From assembly GCA_964016885.1 (NCBI GenBank), contig OZ024741.1, positions 209,436,001 through 209,500,000 on the forward strand: 64,000 bases of DNA, in the 5' to 3' direction. Shown here in pieces: positions 23,901 through 38,900 of the stretch (positions within the stretch are counted from its first letter, which is position 1; each line of letters opens with the position of its first letter). The position numbers and the translations under genes were made by a program. This stretch comes from Eledone cirrhosa (lineage: Eukaryota). The notes below the pieces were generated by a model that saw only the letters and a program-made list of their open reading frames with translations, did no database searches and had not been told where the DNA came from.

Positions 23901-26900
23901 GTGGTGGCTGCGTAAAATAATGAATTACACACGAAAATGAGAAAATTTCGATTCTCGATCGTGGGCCGGCCGGATGTCGGATCGATTCGTAAATACAAGG
24001 ATAATGTGCGGACACTCCTTGGCTGTGTGCGGCATGATTTTCAGGACGATATCTCCGTAAAATCAAGAGTTGATAACCCCAACTTAACTTAACCCCAACT
24101 TAACTTAACCGCAACTTAACTTAACCGCAACCTAACTTAACCCCAACTTAACTTAACCGCAACCTAACTTAACCCCAACTTAGCTTAACCGCAACTTAAC
24201 TTAACCCCAACCTAACTTAACCCCAACTTAACTTAACCGCAACTTAACTTAACCGCAACCTAACTTAACCCCAACTTAACTTAACCGCAACTTAACTTAA
24301 CCGCAACTTAGCTTAACCCCAACCCTTGGTGGGATCGATCTGTAATTACTGGTACATGTGCAGACACTCATTGGCTGTGTGTGGCCTGATTTTCAGAAAG
24401 ATATCTCCGTAAAATAACGAGTGGTGGCTGCGTAAAATAATGAATTACGCACGAAAATGAGAAAATTTCGATTCTCGATTGTGGGCCGGCCGGATGTCGG
24501 ATCGATTCGTAAATACAAGGATAATGTGCGGACACTCCTTGGCTGTGTGCGGCATGATTTTCAGGACGATATCTCCGTAAAATCAAGAGTTGATAACCCC
24601 AACTTAACTTAACCCCAACTTAACTTAACCGCAACTTAACTTAACCGCAACCTAACTTAACCCCAACTTAACTTAACCGCAACCTAACTTAACCCCAACT
24701 TAACTTAACCGCAACTTAACTTAACCCCAACCTAACTTAACCCCAACTTAACTTAACCGCAACTTAACTTAACCGCAACCTAACTTAACCCTAACTTAAC
24801 TTAACCGCAACTTAACTTAACCGCAACTTAGCTTAACCCCAACCCTTGGTGGGATCGATCTGTAATTACTGGTACATGTGCAGACACTCATTGGCTGTGT
24901 GTGGCCTGATTTTCAGAAAGATATCTCCGTAAAATAACGAGTGGTGGCTGCGTAAATTAATGAATTACGCACGAAAATGAGAAAATTTCGATTCTCGATC
25001 GTGGGCCGGCCGGATGTCGGATCGATTCGTAAATACAAGGATAATGTGCGGACACTCCTTGCCTGTGTGCCGCATGATTTTCAGGACGATATCTCCGTAA
25101 AATCAAGAGTTGATAACCCCAACTTAACTTAACCCCAACTTAACTTAACCGCAACTTAACTTAACCGCAACCTAACTTAACCCCAACTTAACTTAACCGC
25201 AACCTAACTTAACCCCAACTTAACTTAACCGCAACTTAACTTAACCCCAACCTAACTTAACCCCAACTTAACTTAACCGCAACTTAACTTAACCGCAACC
25301 TAACTTAACCCCAACTTAACTTAACCGCAACTTAACTTAACCGCAACTTAGCTTAACCCCAACCCTTGGTGGGATCGATCTGTAATTACTGGTACATGTG
25401 CAGACACTCATTGGCTGTGTGTGGCCTGATTTTCAGAAAGATGTCTCCGTAAAATAACGAGTGGTGGCTGCGTAAATTAATGAATTACGCACGAAAATGA
25501 GAAAATTTCGATTCTCGATCGTGGGCCGGCCGGATGTCGGATCGATTCGTAAATACAATGATAATGTGCGGACACTCCTTGCCTGTGTGCCGCATGATTT
25601 TCAGGACGATATCTCCGTAAAATCAAGAGTTGATAACCCCAACTTAACTTAACCCCAACTTAACTTAACCGCAACTTAACTTAACCGCAACCTAACTTAA
25701 CCCCAACTTAACTTAACCGCAACCTAACTTAACCCCAACTTAACTTAACCGCAACTTAACTTAACCCCAACCTAACTTAACCCCAACTTAACTTAACCGC
25801 AACTTAACTTAACCGCAACCTAACTTAACCCCAACTTAACTTAACCGCAACTTAACTTAACCGCAACTTAGCTTAACCCCAACCCTTGGTGGGATCGATC
25901 TGTAATTACTGGTACATGTGCAGACACTCATTGGCTGTGTGTGGCCTGATTTTCAGAAAGATATCTCCGTAAAATAACGAGTGGTGGCTGCGTAAAATAA
26001 TGAATTACGCACGAAAATGAGAAAATTTCGATTCTCGATCGTGGGCCGGCCGGATGTCGGATCGATTCGTAAATACAAGGATAATGTGCGGACACTCCTT
26101 GGCTGTGTGCGGCATGATTTTCAGGACGATATCTCCGTAAAATCAAGAGTTGATAACCCCAACTTAACTTAACCCCAACTTAACTTAACCGCAACTTAAC
26201 TTAACCGCAACCTAACTTAACCCCAACTTCACTTAACCGCAACCTAACTTAACCCCAACTTAACTTAACCGCAACTTAACTTAACCCCAACCTAAATTAA
26301 CTCCAACTTAACTTAACCGCAACTTAACTTAACCGCAACCTAACTTAACCCCAACTTAATTTAACCGCAACTTAACTTAACCGCAACTTAGCTTAACCCC
26401 AGCCCTTGGTGGGATCGATCTGTAATTACTGGTACATGTGCAGACACTCATTGGCTGTGTGTGGCCTGATTTTCAGAAAGATATCTCCGTAAAATAACGA
26501 GTGGTGGCTGCGTAAAATAATGAATTACGCACGAAAATGAGAAAATTTCGATTCTCGATCGTGGGCCGGCCGGATGTCGCATCGATTCGTAAATAGAAGG
26601 ATAATGTGCGGACACTCCTTGGCTGTGTGCGGCATGATTTTCAGGACGATATTTCCGTAAAATCAAGAGTTGATAACCCCAACTTAACTTAACCCCAACT
26701 TAACTTAACCCCAACTTAACTTAACCCCAACTTAACTTAACCGCAACTTAACTTAACCGCAACCTAACTTAACCCCAACTTAACTTAACCGCAACCTAAC
26801 TTAACCACAACTTAACTTAACCGCAACTTAACTTAACCCCAACCTAACTTAACCCCAACTTAACTTAACCGCAACTTAACTTAACCGCAACCTAACTTAA

Positions 26901-29900
26901 CCCCAACTTAACTTAACCGCAACTTAACTTAACCGCAACTTAGCTTAACCCCAACCCTTGGTGGGATCGATCTGTAATTACTGGTACATGTGCAGACACT
27001 CATTGGCTGTGTGTGGCCTGATTTTCAGAAAGATATCTCCGTAAAATAACGAGTGGTGGCTGCGTAAAATAATGAATTACGCACGAAAATGAGAAAATTT
27101 CGATTCTCGATTGTGGGCCGGCCGGATGTCGGATCGATTCGTAAATACAAGGATAATGTGCGGACACTCCTTGGCTGTGTGCGGCATGATTTTCAGGACG
27201 ATATCTCCGTAAAATCAAGAGTTGATAACCCCAACTTAACTTAACCCCAACTTAACTTAACCGCAACTTAACTTAACCGCAACCTAACTTAACCCCAACT
27301 TAACTTAACCGCAACCTAACTTAACCCCAACTTAACTTAACCGCAACTTAACTTAACCCCAACCTAACTTAACCCCAACTTAACTTAACCGCAACTTAAC
27401 TTAACCGCAACCTAACTTAACCCTAACTTAACTTAACCGCAACTTAACTTAACCGCAACTTAGCTTAACCCCAACCCTTGGTGGGATCGATCTGTAATTA
27501 CTGGTACATGTGCAGACACTCATTGGCTGTGTGTGGCCTGATTTTCAGAAAGATATCTCCGTAAAATAACGAGTGGTGGCTGCGTAAATTAATGAATTAC
27601 GCACGAAAATGAGAAAATTTCGATTCTCGATCGTGGGCCGGCCGGATGTCGGATCGATTCGTAAATACAAGGATAATGTGCGGACACTCCTTGCCTGTGT
27701 GCCGCATGATTTTCAGGACGATATCTCCGTAAAATCAAGAGTTGATAACCCCAACTTAACTTAACCCCAACTTAACTTAACCGCAACTTAACTTAACCGC
27801 AACCTAACTTAACCCCAACTTAACTTAACCGCAACCTAACTTAACCCCAACTTAACTTAACCGCAACTTAACTTAACCCCAACCTAACTTAACCCCAACT
27901 TAACTTAACCGCAACTTAACTTAACCGCAACCTAACTTAACCCCAACTTAACTTAACTGCAACTTAACTTAACCGCAACTTAGCTTAACCCCAACCCTTG
28001 GTGGGATCGATCTGTAATTACTGGTACATGTGCAGACACTCATTGGCTGTGTGTGGCCTGATTTTCAGAAAGATATCTCCGTAAAATAACGAGTGGTGGC
28101 TGCGTAAAATAATGAATTACGCACGAAAATGAGAAAATTTCGATTCTCGATCGTGGGCCGGCCGGATGTCGGATCGATTCGTAAATACAAGGATAATGTG
28201 CGGACACTCCTTGGCTGTGTGCGGCATGATTTTCAGGACGATATCTCCGTAAAATCAAGAGTTGATAACCCCAACTTGACTTAACCGCAACTTAACTTAA
28301 CCGCAACCTAACTTAACACTAACTTAACTTAACCGCAACTTAACTTAACCGCAACTTAGCTTAACCCCAACCCTTGGTGGGATCGATCTGTAATTACTGG
28401 TACATGTGCAGACACTCATTGGCTGTGTGTGGCCTGATTTTCAGAAAGATATCTCCGTAAAATAACGAGTGGTGGCTGCGTAAAATAATGAATTACGCAC
28501 GAAAATGAGAAAATTTCGATTCTCGATCGTGGGCCGGCCGGATGTCGGATCGATTCGTAAATACAAGGATAATGTGCGGACACTCCTTGCCTGTGTGCCG
28601 CATGATTTTCAGGACGATATCTCCGTAAAATCAAGAGTTGATAACCCCAACTTAACTTAACCCCAACTTAACTTAACCGCAACTTAACTTAACCGCAACC
28701 TAACTTAACCCCAACTTAACTTAACCGCAACCTAACTTAACCCCAACTTAACTTAACCGCAACTTAACTTAACCCCAACCTAACTTAACCCCAACTTAAC
28801 TTAACCGCAACTTAACTTAACCGCAACCTAACTTAACCCCAACTTAACTTAACCGCAACTTAACTTAACCGCAACTTAGCTTAACCCCAACCCTTGGTGG
28901 GATCGATCTGTAATTACTGGTACATGTGCAGAGACTCATTGGCTGTGTGTGGCCTGATTTTCAGAAAGATATCTCCGTAAAATAACGAGTGGTGGCTGCG
29001 TAAAATAATGAATTACGCACGAAAATGAGAAAATTTCGATTCTCGATCGTGGGCCGGCCGGATGTCGGATCGATTCGTAAATACAAGGATAATGTGCGGA
29101 CACTCCTTGGCTGTGTGCGGCATGATTTTCAGGACGATATCTCCGTAAAATCAAGCGTTGATAACCCCAACTTAACTTAACCCCAACTTAACTTAACCGC
29201 AACTTAACTTAACCGCAACCTAACTTAACCCCAACTTAACTTAACCGCAACCTAACTTAACCCCAACTTAACTTAACCGCAACTTAACTTAACCCCAACC
29301 TAACTTAACCCCAACTTAACTTAACCGCAACTTAACTTAACCGCAACCTAACTTAACCCTAACTTAACTTAACCGCAACTTAACTTAACCGCAACTTAGC
29401 TTAACCCCAACCCTTGGTGGGATCGATCTGTAATTACTGGTACATGTGCAGACACTCATTGGCTGTGTGTGGCCTGATTTTCAGAAAGATGTCTCCGTAA
29501 AATAACGAGTGGTGGCTGCGTAAATTAATGAATTACGCACGAAAATGAGAAAATTTCGATTCTCGATCGTGGGCCGGCCGGATGTCGGATCGATTCGTAA
29601 ATACAATGATAATGTGCGGACACTCCTTGCCTGTGTGCCGCATGATTTTCAGGACGATATCTCCGTAAAATCAAGAGTTGATAACCCCAACTTAACTTAA
29701 CCCCAACTTAACTTAACCGCAACTTAACTTAACCGCAACCTAACTTAACCCCAACTTAACTTAACCGCAACCTAACTTAACCCCAACTTAACTTAACCGC
29801 AACTTAACTTAACCCCAACCTAACTTAACCCCAACTTAACTTAACCGCAACTTAACTTAACCGCAACCTAACTTAACCCCAACTTAACTTAACTGCAACT

Positions 29901-32900
29901 TAACTTAACCGCAACTTAGCTTAACCCCAACCCTTGGTGGGATCGATCTGTAATTACTGGTACATGTGCAGACACTCATTGGCTGTGTGTGGCCTGATTT
30001 TCAGAAAGATATCTCCGTAAAATAACGAGTGGTGGCTGCGTAAAATAATGAATTACGCACGAAAATGAGAAAATTTCGATTCTCGATCGTGGGCCGGCCG
30101 GATGTCGGATCGATTCGTAAATACAAGGATAATGTGCGGACACTCCTTGGCTGTGTGCGGCATGATTTTCAGGACGATATCTCCGTAAAATCAAGAGTTG
30201 ATAACCCCAACTTGACTTAACCGCAACTTAACTTAACCGCAACCTAACTTAACACTAACTTAACTTAACCGCAACTTAACTTAACCGCAACTTAGCTTAA
30301 CCCCAACCCTTGGTGGGATCGATCTGTAATTACTGGTACATGTGCAGACACTCATTGGCTGTGTGTGGCCTGATTTTCAGAAAGATATCTCCGTAAAATA
30401 ACGAGTGGTGGCTGCGTAAAATAATGAATTACGCACGAAAATGAGAAAATTTCGATTCTCGATCGTGGGCCGGCCGGATGTCGGATCGATTCGTAAATAC
30501 AAGGATAATGTGCGGACACTCCTTGCCTGTGTGCCGCATGATTTTCAGGACGATATCTCCGTAAAATCAAGAGTTGATAACCCCAACTTAACTTAACCCC
30601 AACTTAACTTAACCGCAACTTAACTTAACCGCAACCTAACTTAACCCCAACTTAACTTAACCGCAACCTAACTTAACCCCAACTTAACTTAACCGCAACT
30701 TAACTTAACCCCAACCTAACTTAACCCCAACTTAACTTAACCGCAACTTAACTTAACCGCAACCTAACTTAACCCCAACTTAACTTAACCGCAACTTAAC
30801 TTAACCGCAACTTAGCTTAACCCCAACCCTTGGTGGGATCGATCTGTAATTACTGGTACATGTGCAGAGACTCATTGGCTGTGTGTGGCCTGATTTTCAG
30901 AAAGATATCTCCGTAAAATAACGAGTGGTGGCTGCGTAAAATAATGAATTACGCACGAAAATGAGAAAATTTCGATTCTCGATCGTGGGCCGGCCGGATG
31001 TCGGATCGATTCGTAAATACAAGGATAATGTGCGGACACTCCTTGGCTGTGTGCGGCATGATTTTCAGGACGATATCTCCGTAAAATCAAGCGTTGATAA
31101 CCCCAACTTAACTTAACCCCAACTTAACTTAACCGCAACTTAACTTAACCGCAACCTAACTTAACCCCAACTTAACTTAACCGCAACCTAACTTAACCCC
31201 AACTTAACTTAACCGCAACTTAACTTAACCCCAACCTAACTTAACCCCAACTTAACTTAACCGCAACTTAACTTAACCGCAACCTAACTTAACCCTAACT
31301 TAACTTAACCGCAACTTAACTTAACCGCAACTTAGCTTAACCCCAACCCTTGGTGGGATCGATCTGTAATTACTGGTACATGTGCAGACACTCATTGGCT
31401 GTGTGTGGCCTGATTTTCAGAAAGATGTCTCCGTAAAATAACGAGTGGTGGCTGCGTAAATTAATGAATTACGCACGAAAATGAGAAAATTTCGATTCTC
31501 GATCGTGGGCCGGCCGGATGTCGGATCGATTCGTAAATACAATGATAATGTGCGGACACTCCTTGCCTGTGTGCCGCATGATTTTCAGGACGATATCTCC
31601 GTAAAATCAAGAGTTGATAACCCCAACTTAACTTAACCCCAACTTAACTTAACCGCAACTTAACTTAACCGCAACCTAACTTAACCCCAACTTAACTTAA
31701 CCGCAACCTAACTTAACCCCAACTTAACTTAACCGCAACTTAACTTAACCCCAACCTAACTTAACCCCAACTTAACTTAACCGCAACTTAACTTAACCGC
31801 AACCTAACTTAACCCCAACTTAACTTAACCGCAACTTAACTTAACCGCAACTTAGCTTAACCCCAACCCTTGGTGGGATCGATCTGTAATTACTGGTACA
31901 TGTGCAGACACTCATTGGCTGTGTGTGGCCTGATTTTCAGAAAGATATCTCCGTAAAATAACGAGTGGTGGCTGCGTAAAATAATGAATTACGCACGAAA
32001 ATGAGAAAATTTCTATTCTCGATCGTGGGCCGGCCGGATGTCGGATCGATTCGTAAATACAAGGATAATGTGCGGACACTCCTTGGCTGTGTGCGGCATG
32101 ATTTTCAGGACGATATCTCCGTAAAATCAAGAGTTGATAACCCCAACTTAACTTAACCCCAACTTAACTTAACCGCAACTTAACTTAACCGCAACCTAAC
32201 TTAACCCCAACTTAACTTAACCGCAACCTAACTTAACCCCAACTTAACTTAACCGCAACTTAACTTAACCCCAACCTAAATTAACTCCAACTTAACTTAA
32301 CCGCAACTTAACTTAACCGCAACCTAACTTAACCCCAACTTAATTTAACCGCAACTTAACTTAACCGCAACTTAGCTTAACCCCAGCCCTTGGTGGGATC
32401 GATCTGTAATTACTGGTACATGTGCAGACACTCATTGGCTGTGTGTGGCCTGATTTTCAGAAAGATATCTCCTTAAAATAACGAGTGGTGGCTGCGTAAA
32501 ATAATGAATTACGCACGAAAATGAGAAAATTTCGATTCTCGATCGTGGGCCGGCCGGATGTCGCATCGATTCGTAAATAGAAGGATAATGTGCGGACACT
32601 CCTTGGCTGTGTGCGGCATGATTTTCAGGACGATATTTCCGTAAAATCAAGAGTTGATAACCCCAACTTAACTTAACCCCAACTTAACTTAACCCCAACT
32701 TAACTTAACCCCAACTTAACTTAACCGCAACTTAACTTAACCGCAACCTAACTTAACCCCAACTTAACTTAACCGCAACCTAACTTAACCACAACTTAAC
32801 TTAACCGCAACTTAACTTAACCCCAACCTAACTTAACCCCAACTTAACTTAACCGCAACTTAACTTAACCGCAACCTAACTTAACCCCAACTTAACTTAA

Positions 32901-35900
32901 CCGCAACTTAACTTAACCGCAACTTAGCTTAACCCCAACCCTTGGTGGGATCGATCTGTAATTACTGGTACATGTGCAGACACTCATTGGCTGTGTGTGG
33001 CCTGATTTTCAGAAAGATATCTCCGTAAAATAACGAGTGGTGGCTGCGTAAAATAATGAATTACACACGAAAATGAGAAAATTTCGATTCTCGATCGTGG
33101 GCCGGCCGGATGTCGGATCGATTCGTAAATACAAGGATAATGTGCGGACACTCCTTGGCTGTGTGCGGCATGATTTTCAGGACGATATCTCCGTAAAATC
33201 AAGAGTTGATAACCCCAACTTAACTTAACCCCAACTTAACTTAACCGCAACTTAACTTAACCGCAACCTAACTTAACCCCAACTTAACTTAACCGCAACC
33301 TAACTTAACCCCAACTTAGCTTAACCGCAACTTAACTTAACCCCAACCTAACTTAACCCCAACTTAACTTAACCGCAACTTAACTTAACCGCAACCTAAC
33401 TTAACCCCAACTTAACTTAACCGCAACTTAACTTAACCGCAACTTAGCTTAACCCCAACCTTTGGTGGGATCGATCTGTAATTACTGGTACATGTGCAGA
33501 CACTCATTGGCTGTGTGTGGCCTGATTTTCAGAAAGATATCTCCGTAAAATAACGAGTGGTGGCTGCGTAAAATAATGAATTACGCACGAAAATGAGAAA
33601 ATTTCGATTCTCGATTGTGGGCCGGCCGGATGTCGGATCGATTCGTAAATACAAGGATAATGTGCGGACACTCCTTGGCTGTGTGCGGCATGATTTTCAG
33701 GACGATATCTCCGTAAAATCAAGAGTTGATAACCCCAACTTAACTTAACCCCAACTTAACTTAACCGCAACTTAACTTAACCGCAACCTAACTTAACCCC
33801 AACTTAACTTAACCGCAACCTAACTTAACCCCAACTTAACTTAACCGCAACTTAACTTAACCCCAACCTAACTTAACCCCAACTTAACTTAACCGCAACT
33901 TAACTTAACCGCAACCTAACTTAACCCTAACTTAACTTAACCGCAACTTAACTTAACCGCAACTTAGCTTAACCCCAACCCTTGGTGGGATCGATCTGTA
34001 ATTACTGGTACATGTGCAGACACTCATTGGCTGTGTGTGGCCTGATTTTCAGAAAGATATCTCCGTAAAATAACGAGTGGTGGCTGCGTAAAATAATGAA
34101 TTACGCACGAAAATGAGAAAATTTCGATTCTCGATCGTGGGCCGGCCGGATGTCGGATCGATTCGTAAATACAAGGATAATGTGCGGACACTCCTTGCCT
34201 GTGTGCCGCATGATTTTCAGGACGATATCTCCGTAAAATCAAGAGTTGATAACCCCAACTTAACTTAACCCCAACTTAACTTAACCGCAACTTAACTTAA
34301 CCGCAACCTAACTTAACCCCAACTTAACTTAACCGCAACCTAACTTAACCCCAACTTAACTTAACCGCAACTTAACTTAACCCCAACCTAACTTAACCCC
34401 AACTTAACTTAACCGCAACTTAACTTAACCGCAACCTAACTTAACCCCAACTTAACTTAACCGCAACTTAACTTAACCGCAACTTAGCTTAACCCCAACC
34501 CTTGGTGGGATCGATCTGTAATTACTGGTACATGTGCAGACACTCATTGGCTGTGTGTGGCCTGATTTTCAGAAAGATATCTCCGTAAAATAACGAGTGG
34601 TGGCTGCGTAAAATAATGAATTACGCACGAAAATGAGAAAATTTCGATTCTCGATCGTGGGCCGGCCGGATGTCGGATCGATTCGTAAATACAAGGATAA
34701 TGTGCGGACACTCCTTGGCTGTGTGCGGCATGATTTTCAGGACGATATCTCCGTAAAATCAAGCGTTGATAACCCCAACTTAACTTAACCCCAACTTAAC
34801 TTAACCGCAACTTAACTTAACCGCAACCTAACTTAACCCCAACTTAACTTAACCGCAACCTAACTTAACCCCAACTTAACTTAACCGCAACTTAACTTAA
34901 CCCCAACCTAACTTAACCCCAACTTAACTTAACCGCAACTTAACTTAACCGCAACCTAACTTAACCCTAACTTAACTTAACCGCAACTTAACTTAACCGC
35001 AACTTAGCTTAACCCCAACCCTTGGTGGGATCGATCTGTAATTACTGGTACATGTGCAGACACTCATTGGCTGTGTGTGGCCTGATTTTCAGAAAGATGT
35101 CTCCGTAAAATAACGAGTGGTGGCTGCGTAAATTAATGAATTACGCACGAAAATGAGAAAATTTCGATTCTCGATCGTGGGCCGGCCGGATGTCGGATCG
35201 ATTCGTAAATACAATGATAATGTGCGGACACTCCTTGCCTGTGTGCCGCATGATTTTCAGGACGATATCTCCGTAAAATCAAGAGTTGATAACCCCAACT
35301 TAACTTAACCCCAACTTAACTTAACCGCAACTTAACTTAACCGCAACCTAACTTAACCCCAACTTAACTTAACCGCAACCTAACTTAACCCCAACTTAAC
35401 TTAACCGCAACTTAACTTAACCCCAACCTAACTTAACCCCAACTTAACTTAACCGCAACTTAACTTAACCGCAACCTAACTTAACCCCAACTTAACTTAA
35501 CCGCAACTTAACTTAACCGCAACTTAGCTTAACCCCAACCCTTGGTGGGATCGATCTGTAATTACTGGTACATGTGCAGACACTCATTGGCTGTGTGTGG
35601 CCTGATTTTCAGAAAGATATCTCCGTAAAATAACGAGTGGTGGCTGCGTAAAATAATGAATTACGCACGAAAATGAGAAAATTTCGATTCTCGATCGTGG
35701 GCCGGCCGGATGTCGGATCGATTCGTAAATACAAGGATAATGTGCGGACACTCCTTGGCTGTGTGCGGCATGATTTTCAGGACGATATCTCCGTAAAATC
35801 AAGAGTTGATAACCCCAACTTGACTTAACCGCAACTTAACTTAACCGCAACCTAACTTAACCCTAACTTAACTTAACCGCAACTTAACTTAACCGCAACT

Positions 35901-38900
35901 TAGCTTAACCCCAACCCTTGGTGGGATCGATCTGTAATTACTGTTACATGTGCAGACACTCATTGGCTGTGTGTGGCCTGATTTTCAGAAAGATATCTCC
36001 GTAAAATAACGAGTGGTGGCTGCGTAAAATAATGAATTACGCACGAAAATGAGAAAATTTCGATTCTCGATCGTGGGCCGGCCGGATGTCGGATCGATTC
36101 GTAAATACAAGGATAATGTGCGGACACTCCTTGCCTGTGTGCCGCATGATTTTCAGGACGATATCTCCGTAAAATCAAGAGTTGATAACCCCAACTTAAC
36201 TTAACCCCAACTTAACTTAACCGCAACTTAACTTAACCGCAACCTAACTTAACCCCAACTTAACTTAACCGCAACCTAACTTAACCCCAACTTAACTTAA
36301 CCGCAACTTAACTTAACCCCAACCTAACTTAACCCCAACTTAACTTAACCGCAACTTAACTTAACCGCAACCTAACTTAACCCCAACTTAACTTAACCGC
36401 AACTTAACTTAACCGCAACTTAGCTTAACCCCAACCCTTGGTGGGATCGATCTGTAATTACTGGTACATGTGCAGACACTCATTGGCTGTGTGTGGCCTG
36501 ATTTTCAGAAAGATATCTCCGTAAAATAACGAGTGGTGGCTGCGTAAAATAATGAATTACGCACGAAAATGAGAAAATTTCGATTCTCGATCGTGGGCCG
36601 GCCGGATGTCGGATCGATTCGTAAATACAAGGATAATGTGCGGACACTCCTTGGCTGTGTGCGGCATGATTTTCAGGACGATATCTCCGTAAAATCAAGC
36701 GTTGATAACCCCAACTTAACTTAACCCCAACTTAACTTAACCGCAACTTAACTTAACCGCAACCTAACTTAACCCCAACTTAACTTAACCGCAACCTAAC
36801 TTAACCCCAACTTAACTTAACCGCAACTTAACTTAACCCCAACCTAACTTAACCCCAACTTAACTTAACCGCAACTTAACTTAACCGCAACCTAACTTAA
36901 CCCTAACTTAACTTAACCGCAACTTAACTTAACCGCAACTTAGCTTAACCCCAACCCTTGGTGGGATCGATCTGTAATTACTGGTACATGTGCAGACACT
37001 CATTGGCTGTGTGTGGCCTGATTTTCAGAAAGATGTCTCCGTAAAATAACGAGTGGTGGCTGCGTAAATTAATGAATTACGCACGAAAATGAGAAAATTT
37101 CGATTCTCGATCGTGGGCCGGCCGGATGTCGGATCGATTCGTAAATACAATGATAATGTGCGGACACTCCTTGCCTGTGTGCCGCATGATTTTCAGGACG
37201 ATATCTCCGTAAAATCAAGAGTTGATAACCCCAACTTAACTTAACCCCAACTTAACTTAACCGCAACTTAACTTAACCGCAACCTAACTTAACCCCAACT
37301 TAACTTAACCGCAACCTAACTTAACCCCAACTTAACTTAACCGCAACTTAACTTAACCCCAACCTAACTTAACCCCAACTTAACTTAACCGCAACTTAAC
37401 TTAACCGCAACCTAACTTAACCCCAACTTAACTTAACCGCAACTTAACTTAACCGCAACTTAGCTTAACCCCAACCCTTGGTGGGATCGATCTGTAATTA
37501 CTGGTACATGTGCAGACACTCATTGGCTGTGTGTGGCCTGATTTTCAGAAAGATATCTCCGTAAAATAACGAGTGGTGGCTGCGTAAAATAATGAATTAC
37601 GCACGAAAATGAGAAAATTTCGATTCTCGATCGTGGGCCGGCCGGATGTCGGATCGATTCGTAAATACAAGGATAATGTGCGGACACTCCTTGGCTGTGT
37701 GCGGCATGATTTTCAGGACGATATCTCCGTAAAATCAAGAGTTGATAACCCCAACTTAACTTAACCCCAACTTAACTTAACCGCAACTTAACTTAACCGC
37801 AACCTAACTTAACCCCAACTTCACTTAACCGCAACCTAACTTAACCCCAACTTAACTTAACCGCAACTTAACTTAACCCCAACCTAAATTAACTCCAACT
37901 TAACTTAACCGCAACTTAACTTAACCGCAACCTAACTTAACCCCAACTTAATTTAACCGCAACTTAACTTAACCGCAACTTAGCTTAACCCCAGCCCTTG
38001 GTGGGATCGATCTGTAATTACTGGTACATGTGCAGACACTCATTGGCTGTGTGTGGCCTGATTTTCAGAAAGATATCTCCGTAAAATAACGAGTGGTGGC
38101 TGCGTAAAATAATGAATTACGCACGAAAATGAGAAAATTTCGATTCTCGATCGTGGGCCGGCCGGATGTCGCATCGATTCGTAAATAGAAGGATAATGTG
38201 CGGACACTCCTTGGCTGTGTGCGGCATGATTTTCAGGACGATATTTCCGTAAAATCAAGAGTTGATAACCCCAACTTAACTTAACCCCAACTTAACTTAA
38301 CCCCAACTTAACTTAACCCCAACTTAACTTAACCGCAACTTAACTTAACCGCAACCTAACTTAACCCCAACTTAACTTAACCGCAACCTAACTTAACCAC
38401 AACTTAACTTAACCGCAACTTAACTTAACCCCAACCTAACTTAACCCCAACTTAACTTAACCGCAACTTAACTTAACCGCAACCTAACTTAACCCCAACT
38501 TAACTTAACCGCAACTTAACTTAACCGCAACTTAGCTTAACCCCAACCCTTGGTGGGATCGATCTGTAATTACTGGTACATGTGCAGACACTCATTGGCT
38601 GTGTGTGGCCTGATTTTCAGAAAGATATCTCCGTAAAATAACGAGTGGTGGCTGCGTAAAATAATGAATTACACACGAAAATGAGAAAATTTCGATTCTC
38701 GATCGTGGGCCGGCCGGATGTCGGATCGATTCGTAAATACAAGGATAATGTGCGGACACTCCTTGGCTGTGTGCGGCATGATTTTCAGGACGATATCTCC
38801 GTAAAATCAAGAGTTGATAACCCCAACTTAACTTAACCCCAACTTAACTTAACCGCAACTTAACTTAACCGCAACCTAACTTAACCCCAACTTAACTTAA

